DNA of 64,000 nucleotides. Origin: an uncultured Clostridia bacterium. GTDB lineage: Bacteria; Bacillota; Clostridia; TANB77; CAG-465. This document shows positions 10,676 to 22,800 of this stretch, in pieces. The DNA lies in the NCBI GenBank assembly GCA_944383015.1, contig CALWOC010000001.1:228148-292147 (forward strand). Direction: 5' to 3'. The translations under genes and the position numbers were made by a program. Every line of letters starts with the position of its first letter. The first letter of the stretch is position 1. Below the pieces are notes generated by a model. That model worked only from the letters and a program-made list of their open reading frames with translations, was not told the DNA's origin and did not search any database.

Positions 10676-10709
10676 AATTATCTTACCTCCTATATATTAT
10701 TAATTAATA

Positions 10710-12248
10710 CTAGTTTAATTCTACTAGTGGTTCACCTGTCATTTCCTTTGGTATTTCTTCTCCCATCATCTTAAGTAGTGTTGGAGTTAAATCACAAAGT
10801 CTACCATCTCTAACAGATTTTACTCTATTAGAAACAACAATTAAAGGTACATCAAAAGTAGTATGTGAAGTTATTGGTTCACCTGTTTTTAAATCAAGCA
10901 TTTGTTCACAGTTTCCATGATCTGCAGTTATTAACGCTTCTCCACCAACTTCTTCTATTTTTGAAATTACTTTTCCAATACACTCATCTAATGCCTCAAC
11001 TGCCTCTATTGCTTTTTCTAAGTTTCCTGTATGACCAACCATATCTCCATTTGCATAATTTACAATTATTACATCACATGATTTTTCATCAATTACTTTT
11101 AATAAGTTATCTGTTACTTCATAGGCAGACATCTCTGGTTTTAAATCATATGTTGCAACTTTTGGTGAATTAATAAGTATTCTTTTTTCACCTGGATATG
11201 GCTCCTCTTTTCCTCCATTAAAGAAAAATGTTACGTGAGCATACTTTTCTGTTTCTGCTATTCTTAATTGAGTATAACCTTTTTTTGAAATATACTCTCC
11301 AAAAGTATTTACTAAAACTTGTGGTTTATATGCAATTAAAACATTTTTTATTGTTTCATCATATTGAGTCATAGTTACAAATAATAGATCATTAATTTTT
11401 TTAGTTTCAAAATTATTAAAATCTGGTAACATAAAAGCTTTAGTTAACTCTCTTGCTCTATCAGGTCTAAAGTTAAAATATATTACAGAATCTCCATCTC
11501 CAATAGTAGCTAAAGGTTTATCTTCTGAATCTGTTAAAACAACTGGCTTTACAAACTCATCAAATTCTTGAGCCTCATATGAAGTCTCGATTGCTTTTTG
11601 TGCAATTTTATATTCTGTTCCTTTTCCAAAAGCAATAGCATCATATGCAAGCTTTACTCTTTCCCATCTATTATCTCTATCCATAGCATAATATCTTCCT
11701 GATATTGTCGCTATTTTTCCAACTCCAAGTTCTTTCATCTTTTCTTCAAGTCTTTTAATATAATCTACAGCTGAAGTTGGAGGTGTATCTCTTCCATCTA
11801 GCACAGCATGAACATATACATTACTAATACCTTCCCTTTTTGCCATTTCAAGTAAAGCAAATAGATGCTCAATGTGTGAGTGTACTCCACCATCTGAAAC
11901 TAATCCTAATAAATGTAAAGTTGAGTTATTATTCTTTACATGCTCCATAGCTTTCTTTAATTCTTCATTTTTATAAAAATCTCCATCTTGTATTTCTTTT
12001 GTTATTCTAGTTAATTCTTGATATACTATTCTTCCTGCTCCAATATTAGTATGTCCAACTTCAGAATTTCCCATTTGACCTTCTGGGAGACCTACAGCCA
12101 TACCACTAGTTCTTATATATGTATTTGGATATTTTATAGTTAATCTGTCTAAATTTGGAGTATTTGCTAATTTAAAAGCATTTCCTCTTTCTTCATCATT
12201 TAAACCTACTCCATCCATAATCATAAGTAAATATTGTTTATTTTTCAT
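10710..12248 (-). CDS. gpmI: 2,3-bisphosphoglycerate-independent phosphoglycerate mutase
   Basis: Typical iPGM sequence (MDGVG.., NSEVGH, DGRD, GDMVGHTG). Start set to the ATG behind SD GTGAAGG. Confidence 0.95.
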   Translation of the reverse strand: MKNKQYLLMIMDGVGLNDEERGNAFKLANTPNLDRLTIKYPNTYIRTSGMAVGLPEGQMGNSEVGHTNIGAGRIVYQELTRITKEIQDGDFYKNEELKKAMEHVKNNNSTLHLLGLVSDGGVHSHIEHLFALLEMAKREGISNVYVHAVLDGRDTPPTSAVDYIKRLEEKMKELGVGKIATISGRYYAMDRDNRWERVKLAYDAIAFGKGTEYKIAQKAIETSYEAQEFDEFVKPVVLTDSEDKPLATIGDGDSVIYFNFRPDRARELTKAFMLPDFNNFETKKINDLLFVTMTQYDETIKNVLIAYKPQVLVNTFGEYISKKGYTQLRIAETEKYAHVTFFFNGGKEEPYPGEKRILINSPKVATYDLKPEMSAYEVTDNLLKVIDEKSCDVIIVNYANGDMVGHTGNLEKAIEAVEALDECIGKVISKIEEVGGEALITADHGNCEQMLDLKTGEPITSHTTFDVPLIVVSNRVKSVRDGRLCDLTPTLLKMMGEEIPKEMTGEPLVELN

Positions 12249-12301
12249 TATCAAAAACCTTCACTTTCTAGCTTTACAGCATATCTATTATATCACTGTT
12301 T

Positions 12302-13048
12302 CTAATAATTTACAATAGCTACAAAATCATTAGTTAGACTTGCTCCACCTACTAAAGCTCCATCTATATCACTCATATTTAATATTTCATTTGCATTATT
12401 AGGTTTTACACTTCCACCATATTGGATTCTAACTTTTTGTGCTGTTTCTTCATCATACATTTTTGAAATAACATCTCTTATATATTTGCACATTTCATTT
12501 GCTTGCTGTGCTGTTGCTGTCTTACCAGTTCCAATAGCCCAGATTGGTTCATATGCAACAATAACTTTATTTGCAATAGAGATATTCTCTATTCCATCAA
12601 GAGATTCTATAACTTGTTTTTCAACAACTTCAAACATTTTATTTGATTCTCTTTCTTCTAAAGTCTCACCCACACAAACAATTGGAGAAATATCTTTTTC
12701 TAATAGTTTTTTTGCTTTTTTATTTACTATTTCATTAGTTTCATTAAAATATTGTCTTCTTTCACTATGTCCTACTATACAATATTTAACTCCAACTGCT
12801 GCAAGCATATTTACAGAAGTTTCACCAGTATATGCTCCTTTGTCTTCAAAATATACGTTTTGTGCTCCAAGACTTATATTTGTTCCATCTATCAAATCAC
12901 TTATTCTATCTAATGCAACAAAATTTGGACATATAACAACGTCTACCTCATTAGTATTTATTGTGTCTTTAATTTGAGATACAAATTCCTCTGCTTTATT
13001 TACACAATAATTCATTTTCCAGTTTCCTGCAATTATTTTCTTTCTCAT
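12302..13048 (-). CDS. tpiA: Triosephosphate isomerase
   Basis: AGNWKMN, GHSERR and AYEPIWAIGTG motifs. Confidence 0.96.
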   Translation of the reverse strand: MRKKIIAGNWKMNYCVNKAEEFVSQIKDTINTNEVDVVICPNFVALDRISDLIDGTNISLGAQNVYFEDKGAYTGETSVNMLAAVGVKYCIVGHSERRQYFNETNEIVNKKAKKLLEKDISPIVCVGETLEERESNKMFEVVEKQVIESLDGIENISIANKVIVAYEPIWAIGTGKTATAQQANEMCKYIRDVISKMYDEETAQKVRIQYGGSVKPNNANEILNMSDIDGALVGGASLTNDFVAIVNY

Positions 13049-13062
13049 AATGCTACTCCTTA

Positions 13063-14250
13063 TTATTCATCTTTATCTTCTAAAGCTTCTATTCCTGGTA
13101 ATTTTTTACCTTCCATCAACTCAAGAGATGCACCTCCACCAGTAGAAACATGACTCATTTCTTTTTCTAGTCCTGCTTTTTCTACTGCTGCTGCACTATC
13201 TCCTCCACCAATTATAGTTACTGCTTCACTATCTGCCATGGCTTTTGCTATAGCATTAGTTCCTGTTGCAAATTTAGAAATTTCAAATACTCCTACTGGT
13301 CCATTCCATACAACAGTACCTGCAAGTTCTATTTCTTTTTTAAATAATTCAATTGTTTTTGGTCCAATATCTAATCCCATAAATTCATCTGGAATATCAT
13401 CTGGTTCACAAATAACAGCATTTGCATTTTCATTCATATCATCTGCTGCTACAACATCAACAGGTAAAAGTAACTTAACATTCTTCTCTTCAGCTTTTGC
13501 AAGAATTTCTTTTGCAACATCTAATTTATCATCCTCACATAAAGATTTACCAACTTTTCCACCTTGAGCTTTCACAAAAGTAAACATCATTGCTCCACCA
13601 ATTAATAATGTATCTACTTTATCTAATAAATTGTTAAGTACTGCTATTTTACTAGAAACTTTTGAACCACCTACAATTGCAACTAATGGTCTTTGAGGAT
13701 TGTTAATTCCCCCATCAAGTGCTGCAATCTCCTTTTCAATTAAAAATCCAGCAACTGATGGTAAATAATGTGTAACACCTTCTGTTGAAGCGTGAGCTCT
13801 ATGAGCACTTCCAAAAGCATCATTTACAAAAATTTCTGCAAGTGAAGCAAGCTTTCTTGCAAATTCTGCATCATTTTTCTCTTCTTCTTCATACATTCTA
13901 GTATTTTCTAAAAGACATACATCCCCATCTTTCATCGCCATAACAAAATCTTTAGTATCTTCAGATAAAATATCTTTTAATAACTTAACATCTTTATCTA
14001 ATAACTCAGACAATCTCTTTGCAACTGGTGCTAAACTTTTATTTTGACCAGTTTTTCCTAAATGTGAGCATAAAATAATTCTTGCTCCAGCATTTATTAA
14101 ATAATTAATTGTTTTTAATGATTCAACAATTCTTTTATCACTTGTAATTTTTGAAGGATCTTCTTTACTTAGTGGAACATTAAAATCACATCTTACAAGT
14201 ACTCTTTTTCCACCAACTTGAACATCTCTTACTGTTTTTTTATTTAACAT
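13063..14250 (-). CDS. pgk: Phosphoglycerate kinase
   Basis: [15 protein letters not shown] and TGGGASLE motifs. Confidence 0.97.
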   Translation of the reverse strand: MLNKKTVRDVQVGGKRVLVRCDFNVPLSKEDPSKITSDKRIVESLKTINYLINAGARIILCSHLGKTGQNKSLAPVAKRLSELLDKDVKLLKDILSEDTKDFVMAMKDGDVCLLENTRMYEEEEKNDAEFARKLASLAEIFVNDAFGSAHRAHASTEGVTHYLPSVAGFLIEKEIAALDGGINNPQRPLVAIVGGSKVSSKIAVLNNLLDKVDTLLIGGAMMFTFVKAQGGKVGKSLCEDDKLDVAKEILAKAEEKNVKLLLPVDVVAADDMNENANAVICEPDDIPDEFMGLDIGPKTIELFKKEIELAGTVVWNGPVGVFEISKFATGTNAIAKAMADSEAVTIIGGGDSAAAVEKAGLEKEMSHVSTGGGASLELMEGKKLPGIEALEDKDE

Positions 14251-14322
14251 AAATTTTTTCTCTCCTTATCTATATTAAAAAATAAGCTGGATTTGCAAAA
14301 GCATAACCAGCTTATATATTAA

Positions 14323-15366
<1,044 letters not shown>

Positions 15367-15926
15367 TTATATCACTAAAGCTTTTTTTTCAATAGTTTTT
15401 AAATAAAAAATAGTGTTTTTTTTCGCTATTTTTAAGGCTTTTACGTACTTTTACATTTATTTATTTTTTTTAATAAAATTTCATTGATAACAATGTTTTT
15501 TTGTGATAAAATATATAGTTTATATTGTTTTAATTTTAATTAATAAAATATATATCATAAAACAAATTTTTCTTTTTTGTAAAAAAAGAAACTTTATCTA
15601 TTGATAAAATTTTAAAAATAATATAAAATCTAATTATAGATATAAAAATATATGTCTATAATACAAAAAATGATATTTTTTATAAAAAGATATCATCTAT
15701 TTGTATAAAGACATTGATTTATATCTCTATCTATATCTTAGACATTAGTTTATTTAAAAAAGATATGGTCATACTCAACCATATCTTTTTAATGTTTAGT
15801 ATATTTAACTAAAAAAATAAAAAGATTAATATAAAATTTAATCATGTTCAATACTTTAAATATAAGACTAAATTCTACTCTTTTATATTTTTAAACAAAA
15901 TTATTTCAATTTTTTGCAAAAAAAGC

Positions 15927-15955
15927 TTGACATATATAATTTTTAGGTTTATAAT
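15927..15955 (+). promoter_or_regulatory. Orphan consensus promoter with no downstream ORF (candidate ncRNA promoter)
   Basis: Exact TTGACA (15927-15932), 17 nt spacer, TATAAT (15950-15955) on the plus strand. Confidence 0.4.
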
Positions 15956-15987
15956 ATCGTTCGTAAGATTTAGTGAACATACAAAAT

Positions 15988-16025
15988 ATCTCTTTATTAT
16001 AATTTTAATATTATAATAAAGAGAT
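15988..16025. repeat. Perfect 15-bp inverted repeat (hairpin)
   Basis: atctctttattataa (15988-16002) / ttataataaagagat (16011-16025), 8-nt loop. Confidence 0.8.
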
Positions 16026-16089
16026 TTATCCTCATATAAAGCTTATGAACAAATAAATATTATTATAATTTAAATGCAAAACTCAAAAT

Positions 16090-16121
16090 AAAGAATGAAT
16101 AGGTTTTCCTATTCATTCTTT
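16090..16121. terminator. Bidirectional terminator downstream of the wHTH gene
   Basis: Perfect 14-bp stem aaagaatgaatagg/cctattcattcttt with a tttt loop. U-rich on both sides. Confidence 0.7.
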
Positions 16122-16125
16122 ATTT

Positions 16126-17151
16126 TTATTCAATTATCATATTAGCATTATATTTAGTATCTTCATTTAATCTTGAAGAAGCCGCTGTATTTTCACCTTT
16201 TTTCAAAATATCAAGAGGTTTAGTTACAATTCTATATTTTTTTGAATCTTTCTCTAATTCAAATATACTAATACTATTTTCCAAGTCTTCTTCTAAGTGT
16301 CTAAGTTCAGTAGTAAAGTACATATCTTCATCTTCAACTACCATTCCAACTTTCTTTATTATTCTAAACATTTCAGCTAAATGCTGTATATCTTCTCCAA
16401 CAAATACAATTTGTGGTTTTTCTGAAAATCCTGCATCATTTCTTGCAAAATTCTCATAAAAATCTGAGTATAATTGGACTTTTTCTGCGAACATATTTTG
16501 CCAATCATCATTTCTTCTTACAACTTCAAATACATAATTTATTTCTTTTCCATCATCTTTTAATGTTACCATTCCACCAGTTGGTTTAAATTTAACATTA
16601 TATTTCTTAGAATAAAGTAATATATTTGGATTTGCTTTATAAAAAGCAGCTACTTTTTGCATATAAGCAATTATAACTTGATTTCCTGCTAATTTCCTTT
16701 TTACAGCAAAAGCAGGTTTTGTATTTTCAGTTGGTTGCCATGTTGTTGGAATATTTCTCTGCTTTAAAATATATGTTGCAATCTTATCTATGCAATAAGC
16801 TCTATATGAGCTTTTTCCAGTTTCACTTTGAAAAAAATATCTTGCTATTACTTTAGATTTAGTTAAATCTTCTAACCACTTTGCAACTTTTGTCTGTCTT
16901 TTGTCTACTTCTATATCATTTAGCTTTCCTCTAAGTTCTAACACTTGAGTTACTTGTCTAGAAGTTACATATCCAAATTCATTTACAACTTCTAGAGCTT
17001 GTATATGAGATTCATTTATATATCCCATATCCATTTTAAATACAACTTGATTTATTGATGCAAACCCTTCTTTACCATCATAAACCTTTTTCTCATCTTG
17101 CCTTACAGCAAATGGAGAAATCGCTGTTTTTACTTCTTTATCATTTACCAT
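16126..17151 (-). CDS. Winged-helix protein resembling the replication-relaxation (Replic_Relax) family of plasmids/ICEs
   Basis: Segment INESHIQALEVVNEFGYVTSRQVTQVLELRG...VAKWLEDLTKSKVIARYFF...YRAYCIDKIATYIL follows the wHTH pattern of that family. SD AAGGAGAG. Family call made by eye only. Confidence 0.4.
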   Translation of the reverse strand: MVNDKEVKTAISPFAVRQDEKKVYDGKEGFASINQVVFKMDMGYINESHIQALEVVNEFGYVTSRQVTQVLELRGKLNDIEVDKRQTKVAKWLEDLTKSKVIARYFFQSETGKSSYRAYCIDKIATYILKQRNIPTTWQPTENTKPAFAVKRKLAGNQVIIAYMQKVAAFYKANPNILLYSKKYNVKFKPTGGMVTLKDDGKEINYVFEVVRRNDDWQNMFAEKVQLYSDFYENFARNDAGFSEKPQIVFVGEDIQHLAEMFRIIKKVGMVVEDEDMYFTTELRHLEEDLENSISIFELEKDSKKYRIVTKPLDILKKGENTAASSRLNEDTKYNANMIIE

Positions 17152-17339
17152 TTTTCATCTCTCCTTAAATTTAATTTTGAAATAATTTTGGCTAATCTAG
17201 TTAATATACTAGAGATAACTAAATATTAATATATATTTAATTATCACTGCTATTATATAACATAATAAAAATTAATGCAATATAATTACATAATTATTTT
17301 TTATATTTAATAAGAAAAAAGAATCAGTATTAACTGATT

Positions 17340-17564
17340 CTATCTTCTATTTTTTCTAGCCTGTTCTTTTTCAATTTGTCTTTGACGTTCTCTTTTATCT
17401 CGTTCTATGTCCGGATGTTGATGACAATATGAATTAGGATCAACATAATAGTTGTTGTATTCACAATAACATCTTCTACCATTTCTTTTATTCATATTAA
17501 AAAACGGACAAGTTTTACAATGATAATATGAAAAATTAATTGATGGTCCATAAATATTTGCCAT
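17340..17564 (-). CDS. 74-aa Cys/His-containing small protein with an Arg/Lys/Glu-rich tail
   Basis: SD AAAGGAGGAAT + ATG. CKTC..CYC..CHQH motifs. Terminator hairpin agaatcagt/actgattct overlaps the stop. Confidence 0.55.
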   Translation of the reverse strand: MANIYGPSINFSYYHCKTCPFFNMNKRNGRRCYCEYNNYYVDPNSYCHQHPDIERDKRERQRQIEKEQARKNRR

Positions 17565-17713
17565 ATAGCATTCCTCCTTTATAAATTTACATCAGATATA
17601 TTATTTTCAAGTGACAAAATTATATCATAGTTTTAATATTATGTCAACGCAATAAAAATAAAACTCTATATATTTTATACAAAAATATATAGAGTAAATT
17701 CTAAACAAATATA

Positions 17714-18526
17714 TTATCCAATTATTATCAATTTTATTTTCTTCTTTTCTAGATTTATTTTCTTAATACTTACTAAAACTTTCTGATTACTTTCAATTCC
17801 ATTTACATGTTCAGCTATTCCAATAACATTAGGTTTAAGTTCAACAAAAACACCAGATTTTATTCTATTTCTTACTATACCTTCTACAATATCTCCTTCT
17901 TTAAACTCTTTTACATTTTCTTCAAAAGAGCCAAGTAATTCTTTATATGATAACTCTATTCTACCAGTATCTCTATCATATCTTTTTACTACCACATTTA
18001 TTCTTTGACCTAATTTAAACATATCTGATGCATTAGTAAGTCTAGACTCTGACATATCTTGAAGTTTTAATATTCCAGTAACTCCACCACCTACATCTAC
18101 AAAAGCAGCATAATCTTTAAGACCAACAACTATTCCTCTTAATTTTATTCCTGGTTTTAAATGCATATACATCCACTTTCTTACTTTAAGTTCAAGAATT
18201 CTTTTAGACATAATAAGGTGTACACCATTATCATCTTGTATAATATCTTTAATACATACTGGCAATACCTTTCCTACTTTATTTACAATAAATTTTTCTT
18301 CAACAAGTCCATCTTCCCCTACAACACTAGATGCTTCTCCTCTAGGAATGATTGCTTTTACATTTTTACCAATCTTTCCTATCATATTTAGATTTTCATC
18401 TATTTCTTCTATATACATATCTAAAACTTGTTGATTTTCTTTAATATTTTGTAATTCTTCTAATGTTAATTTTTTTGATTTACTTTTTCTTTTTACATTA
18501 TTTTTCTTTTTATTCTCCATAACCAT
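17714..18526 (-). CDS. S1 RNA-binding domain protein (2-3 S1 repeats)
   Basis: GIVVGLKDYAAFVDVGGGVTGIL and GDIVEGIVRNRIKSGVFVEL S1 signatures. Promoter TTGCAT-17-TATAAT upstream. Confidence 0.75.
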   Translation of the reverse strand: MVMENKKKNNVKRKSKSKKLTLEELQNIKENQQVLDMYIEEIDENLNMIGKIGKNVKAIIPRGEASSVVGEDGLVEEKFIVNKVGKVLPVCIKDIIQDDNGVHLIMSKRILELKVRKWMYMHLKPGIKLRGIVVGLKDYAAFVDVGGGVTGILKLQDMSESRLTNASDMFKLGQRINVVVKRYDRDTGRIELSYKELLGSFEENVKEFKEGDIVEGIVRNRIKSGVFVELKPNVIGIAEHVNGIESNQKVLVSIKKINLEKKKIKLIIIG

Positions 18527-18621
18527 TTTTTAGTAAATTATTACTTAATACCTCCATATAAATATAAGTTTAATACTATATGTATTATTATATAATATAC
18601 AAGTATTTTATGCAAGAAAAA

Positions 18622-18642
18622 AACGTTCAAATTATGAACGTT
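18622..18642 (-). terminator. Second terminator after the T4SS operon
   Basis: Stem aacgttca/tgaacgtt followed by a T8 run on the minus strand. Confidence 0.6.
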
Positions 18643-18665
18643 ATTATTAAAAGAAAAAAATTTTC

Positions 18666-18683
18666 AGTGTTAAATTTAACACT
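18666..18683. repeat. Perfect 18-nt palindrome
   Basis: agtgttaaa/tttaacact. Confidence 0.7.
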
Positions 18684-18707
18684 TACTTTAGTTATTGAAA
18701 AAAAACA

Positions 18708-18770
18708 AACGCAATTAAATCCAGCTTACAGAAAACAAAAATTACTTAATTAAGCTGATTTAATTGCGTT
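18708..18770 (-). terminator. Long-stem terminator directly after the last T4SS gene
   Basis: Arms of about 20 bp, aacgcaattaaatccagctta / taagctgatttaattgcgtt, with one bulge. Followed on the minus strand by GTTTGTTTTTTTT. Confidence 0.65.
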
Positions 18771-18883
18771 ATTATAATATCACATTATTAGATAAAATAC
18801 AAGAGTTAATTAATAATTTTTACAATTACTAGTATTATTTAATAATTTCTTACTTTTATATTTCTCGCAAATATTATAAGTCT

Positions 18884-19885
18884 TTATTCTTCTATTTTTT
18901 CAATAGAATAAGTAAATGATGAAAATTCATCAAAAATAATTGATATTTTATAATCATAATTTGAACTATAACAATCAATAGTTAAAACTCCATTTTCAAG
19001 TTTTTGTATATTTGAAGAATATCTTGCGATTGCTAAAGAACTTCTATTTATATCTCTAAAGCTTTCTAAGTCAGCTACAGATGGATACATATTCTTTCCA
19101 TTTTCAGATAATAAATTATATGCCTTTTCTGTATCATAAAGAATCAAGTCAATAATTGTATTAAACTGATATCTGCATATGTCATCTACTGAAACAGAAA
19201 AATTACTAAACTTATTATACTCTGTTGCCTCAATAATATCAGGAATATCAAAATCAATTGTATCTCCTATATTTAGAGAATTAAACTTTTCCATATCAAC
19301 ATAATCTGAAGGCCAAATCTCAAAAGCCTTAGTCGCATTATCTAAAGCCAAAAGCATTGTAAAATCAGTTCCTACTTTAGTATCCATATTTCTAAATATA
19401 CCTTTAACTATATATAATTTAACTGAAGAAAAGTTCTCTTCCACTAAATCAGTATTATCATTTACTGAATATATAGTAAGTATGTCAATATTATATGAAG
19501 TAATATTTTCATTACATACAAGGTTTTCTTTTGAAGCTGAGTTTTTTGTAATATAATCTTGACTTAATTTTCCCCAAATCCTATCTAAATATTGCTCGGA
19601 TGTATATACTTTCATTTCATCAGAAATAATATTTGATGGATTTGTACCAACAAAATCTTGAAAATACGAATTTAAACATGTTCTAACTTGATCAAATTCA
19701 AGTGAATTAATCTTTTGAATTATTCTACTGTTTTTCTTTGCTAAATCTTTACTAATTTCAATATCACTATCATAGAATTCTTCAGGCATAGAATATTTAT
19801 TAATATTATAAACAATAACAATTATTATTATAATCGCTATAATTATTATAATTGGTATAATGTATTTTAAATATTTTTTATTCAT
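18884..19885 (-). CDS. T4SS-operon protein, single N-terminal TM helix + ectodomain (function unknown, possibly VirB8/TcpC-like scaffold)
   Basis: IIPIIIIIAIIIIIVIVY anchor and SD AAGGAGGT. Last gene of the operon. Confidence 0.5.
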   Translation of the reverse strand: MNKKYLKYIIPIIIIIAIIIIIVIVYNINKYSMPEEFYDSDIEISKDLAKKNSRIIQKINSLEFDQVRTCLNSYFQDFVGTNPSNIISDEMKVYTSEQYLDRIWGKLSQDYITKNSASKENLVCNENITSYNIDILTIYSVNDNTDLVEENFSSVKLYIVKGIFRNMDTKVGTDFTMLLALDNATKAFEIWPSDYVDMEKFNSLNIGDTIDFDIPDIIEATEYNKFSNFSVSVDDICRYQFNTIIDLILYDTEKAYNLLSENGKNMYPSVADLESFRDINRSSLAIARYSSNIQKLENGVLTIDCYSSNYDYKISIIFDEFSSFTYSIEKIEE

Positions 19886-19896
19886 TATTTACCTCC

Positions 19897-22800
19897 TTAT
19901 AATAAATCTTCCAAACAAACAAAGTTCTTAAATCTCATATTTCCATCAACTTCTACCTTTGGATGAATTGTAATTCCATACCAATTCCAACCAGAGCCAC
20001 ATTCACTAGTTACATAATAATCATCAGTAACTGCTTCAACATAGCCAGTATGATTTGGATACCATGAAATTACTGAATTAGGTCTTAATTGATTTATATC
20101 TGAATTAGTTTGTAATCCAAGTAACTCAGCAAATTTATCTGCTTCTTGTACACCATCCGCAAATGTTGTTAATTTTTTTCCTGTATTATTATCTACTAAG
20201 AATTGATTAGCTCTTACGAAAGACCACCAGGCACATTCAAATACATTATATTTATTTAATGGATCATATTTATTTACAAACTCTTGATTAACAACACCTC
20301 TTGTATCAACACCATCTGCATCACATACTTGATTATTCCAGTCTGATTGATGTACATTTGTATCAGCAGGAGATATTTTTCCAGAAAACCAATTTTGTTC
20401 AAACCACTGTTGAAGAGCATAACATGCAGTCTCATCAACTGTTCCATCAGCTTTAATAAGCTGTACGTCACCAGGAGATGTAGTTGATGTGTAAAACCTT
20501 AACATTTTATCCATACTATATCCACCTGCAAAATATCCACCTGAAAATAAAATAAATTCAGATTTTCTTCTTGTAGTCCATCCACCTAATTGTGCTTCTT
20601 GTTCTTCATTTCCTGTTGTGTGTCTTAAGAAATTTGTATACAATGCATTATTAAAATCTATTTCTGCAATAATAGAATCTTTTGCTCCTTGATTATCTTT
20701 ATATTTATCATATAAAGTCTCATATTTATCATCAGTATCTTGTTTCCAATATTCATTATATGCTTGACTAAATGTTTTTCCATGTATATTATTCCATCCA
20801 TTATATGCTCTATCAGTTAAAGCAAATAATTGATACTGTGTCAACTCTATTCCATTAGTTAGAGATTTAACCATATCTAATTTTCTCTCAATAATCTCTT
20901 CTTGAACCGAATCAATAACCTTTTTATCCATTGTAACAACTTCACCAGATTCAACTCTGGATTTTATATCTGATGCACTACCATAAGGGAATTCAATTCC
21001 CGCCTCCTCAAATGCGCTCTTAACATCATTAAATTGAGAATTTAAATTAATACCAAATCCTACTGTAGGAACACCAACATCATCAATATAAACAGCATAA
21101 AATACTGCTTCTTCTTCATTTGATGTAACATTTCCACTTTCTGTTCTCATTCTATCTCCAGGATCTTCCCAAGAATTAATATATTCTCTTAATAAACTCA
21201 TACCTGATGAATAACTTGAAGTTCCAGCTGCTGCAGCATTTACATCAAAACCAAAACTTGCACCATAAACAAAAGGTAAAACACCATTATTTTGTTCAGC
21301 TAATTCTGTTAAATATTCAATTAAATACTCTAATCCTTGAGAATATGTATAATCTGATCTAGAATATCCGACATATTTTGCTCTTTTATTAGCATTATCT
21401 ACATAATTTAAAAATACTTTTGGGTTAGCATTTAGCATATCTATTCTATTAATTGCTGTTCCCTCTTCTTCTGCTAATGTATCATAATAATTTTTACTAT
21501 CTGTATCAGCCTCGAAATCACTTTTAGAAATTGTATCCATTGATAAATCTCCATCAGTATTTTCATTATACGAAGCTACATCTCCTGTACTAAATAAAGT
21601 TTTTGATTGAGATGTAGGGTTAGAAGAAACAGAATCAGTCCAATATCTTGTTATATCATGTCTTTTTCCAACTTGATAATTATATTTACGTTGAACTGTT
21701 CTTGTACCAGTTTCATTTGTATTTCCATCCTCTTCCCATAATCGCTTTAGCTCTTCTTGATTATTTTTTAATCCTTCTAATTCTGCTGATGTAATGTGTT
21801 TATCTTCATTTTCTACCTTAGTATGATCACTCTCTGTTTCACTTAATACACTATCACAATTTTCTCTTTTATCTACATCTTCTTGTGAATATTTTTCATA
21901 ATTAAAAGAATTATTTATTTTAACATCAAAAGCATGTGCTGAAGCAAGTTTATAAATTACAGTAACTAAAGGTGCATCATCTGATACAGTATATTCATTT
22001 GCAGGAACTTCTTTATTTTGATTACCATCCCATCTAGTATTGGTATGCCCTGTTTTATTAGATAAATTAGTCGTACCATCTTCATATGAAACAACAGAAT
22101 ATTGTTCCCTTTTAGTAATTGAACCATCATCATTTTCTTCTTCAATAATTTCTTTTTTTATTTGAATTTTATCAATACATTCATATGTATCATAGTCTAA
22201 CCAATAAGAAGACCTAGTTACTGATTGTAGATTATACTGATTTATTGTAATATCACTATATCCATGTTTTATTATCTCATATGCAAAATTACCTATATTA
22301 TTATTTTTTCCTTGAGCTTCTGCTTCATTTTGCTCAACCCACGAAGTACCTATACTTTGATTTGAAAGTGAAGAACTATACATTGCACTTGAAATAAAAG
22401 CCAAAGGAATATGAGATGTCATAAGATATGGTGATGTCAAATTAATCAAATCCTTCAAATCAGCTCCAGTTGGATATAATAATTGATAAGTTGTATCATA
22501 TGTTAAATTATCTTTAGAAACATCATTTACTTCATCAGAATCATGATAATAAGCTTTCCAACTTATATTATTAAAATTATACTTTTCTGTATAAAGAGCA
22601 TGCATATAAATTGGTCTCTTATCATAAGGACTAATCATATTATTAAATTTTCCTTCTCTTGATAAGTTATAATAATTTATAATATCATAATCTTCTTCTC
22701 TTTTATTTTCCCTATTATTTGCCTCATTATATTTATTAGTTATATCATTTTTTACTTCTTGTGTAACTGTACCATAATTAGATGTATAAGTCTCAGAATA

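Noticed and set aside
12486-12977. 163-aa plus-strand ORF, and similar long antisense ORFs (13238-13567, 32233-32670, 32686-33144, 38567-38965, 47459-47800, 62173-62598, 8799-9134, 10865-11173)
   Set aside because: Each lies entirely inside a well-supported gene, mostly on the opposite strand (8799-9134 is an alternate frame within eno). They lack SD sites and have low-complexity Ser/Phe/Ile/Leu-rich translations typical of antisense or out-of-frame reading of AT-rich genes.
16126-17151. Calling the wHTH protein the relaxase
   Set aside because: I recognise no HUH/3-His, catalytic-Tyr pair or Rep_trans motif. Replic_Relax proteins are accessory or atypical, so only a family resemblance is reported.
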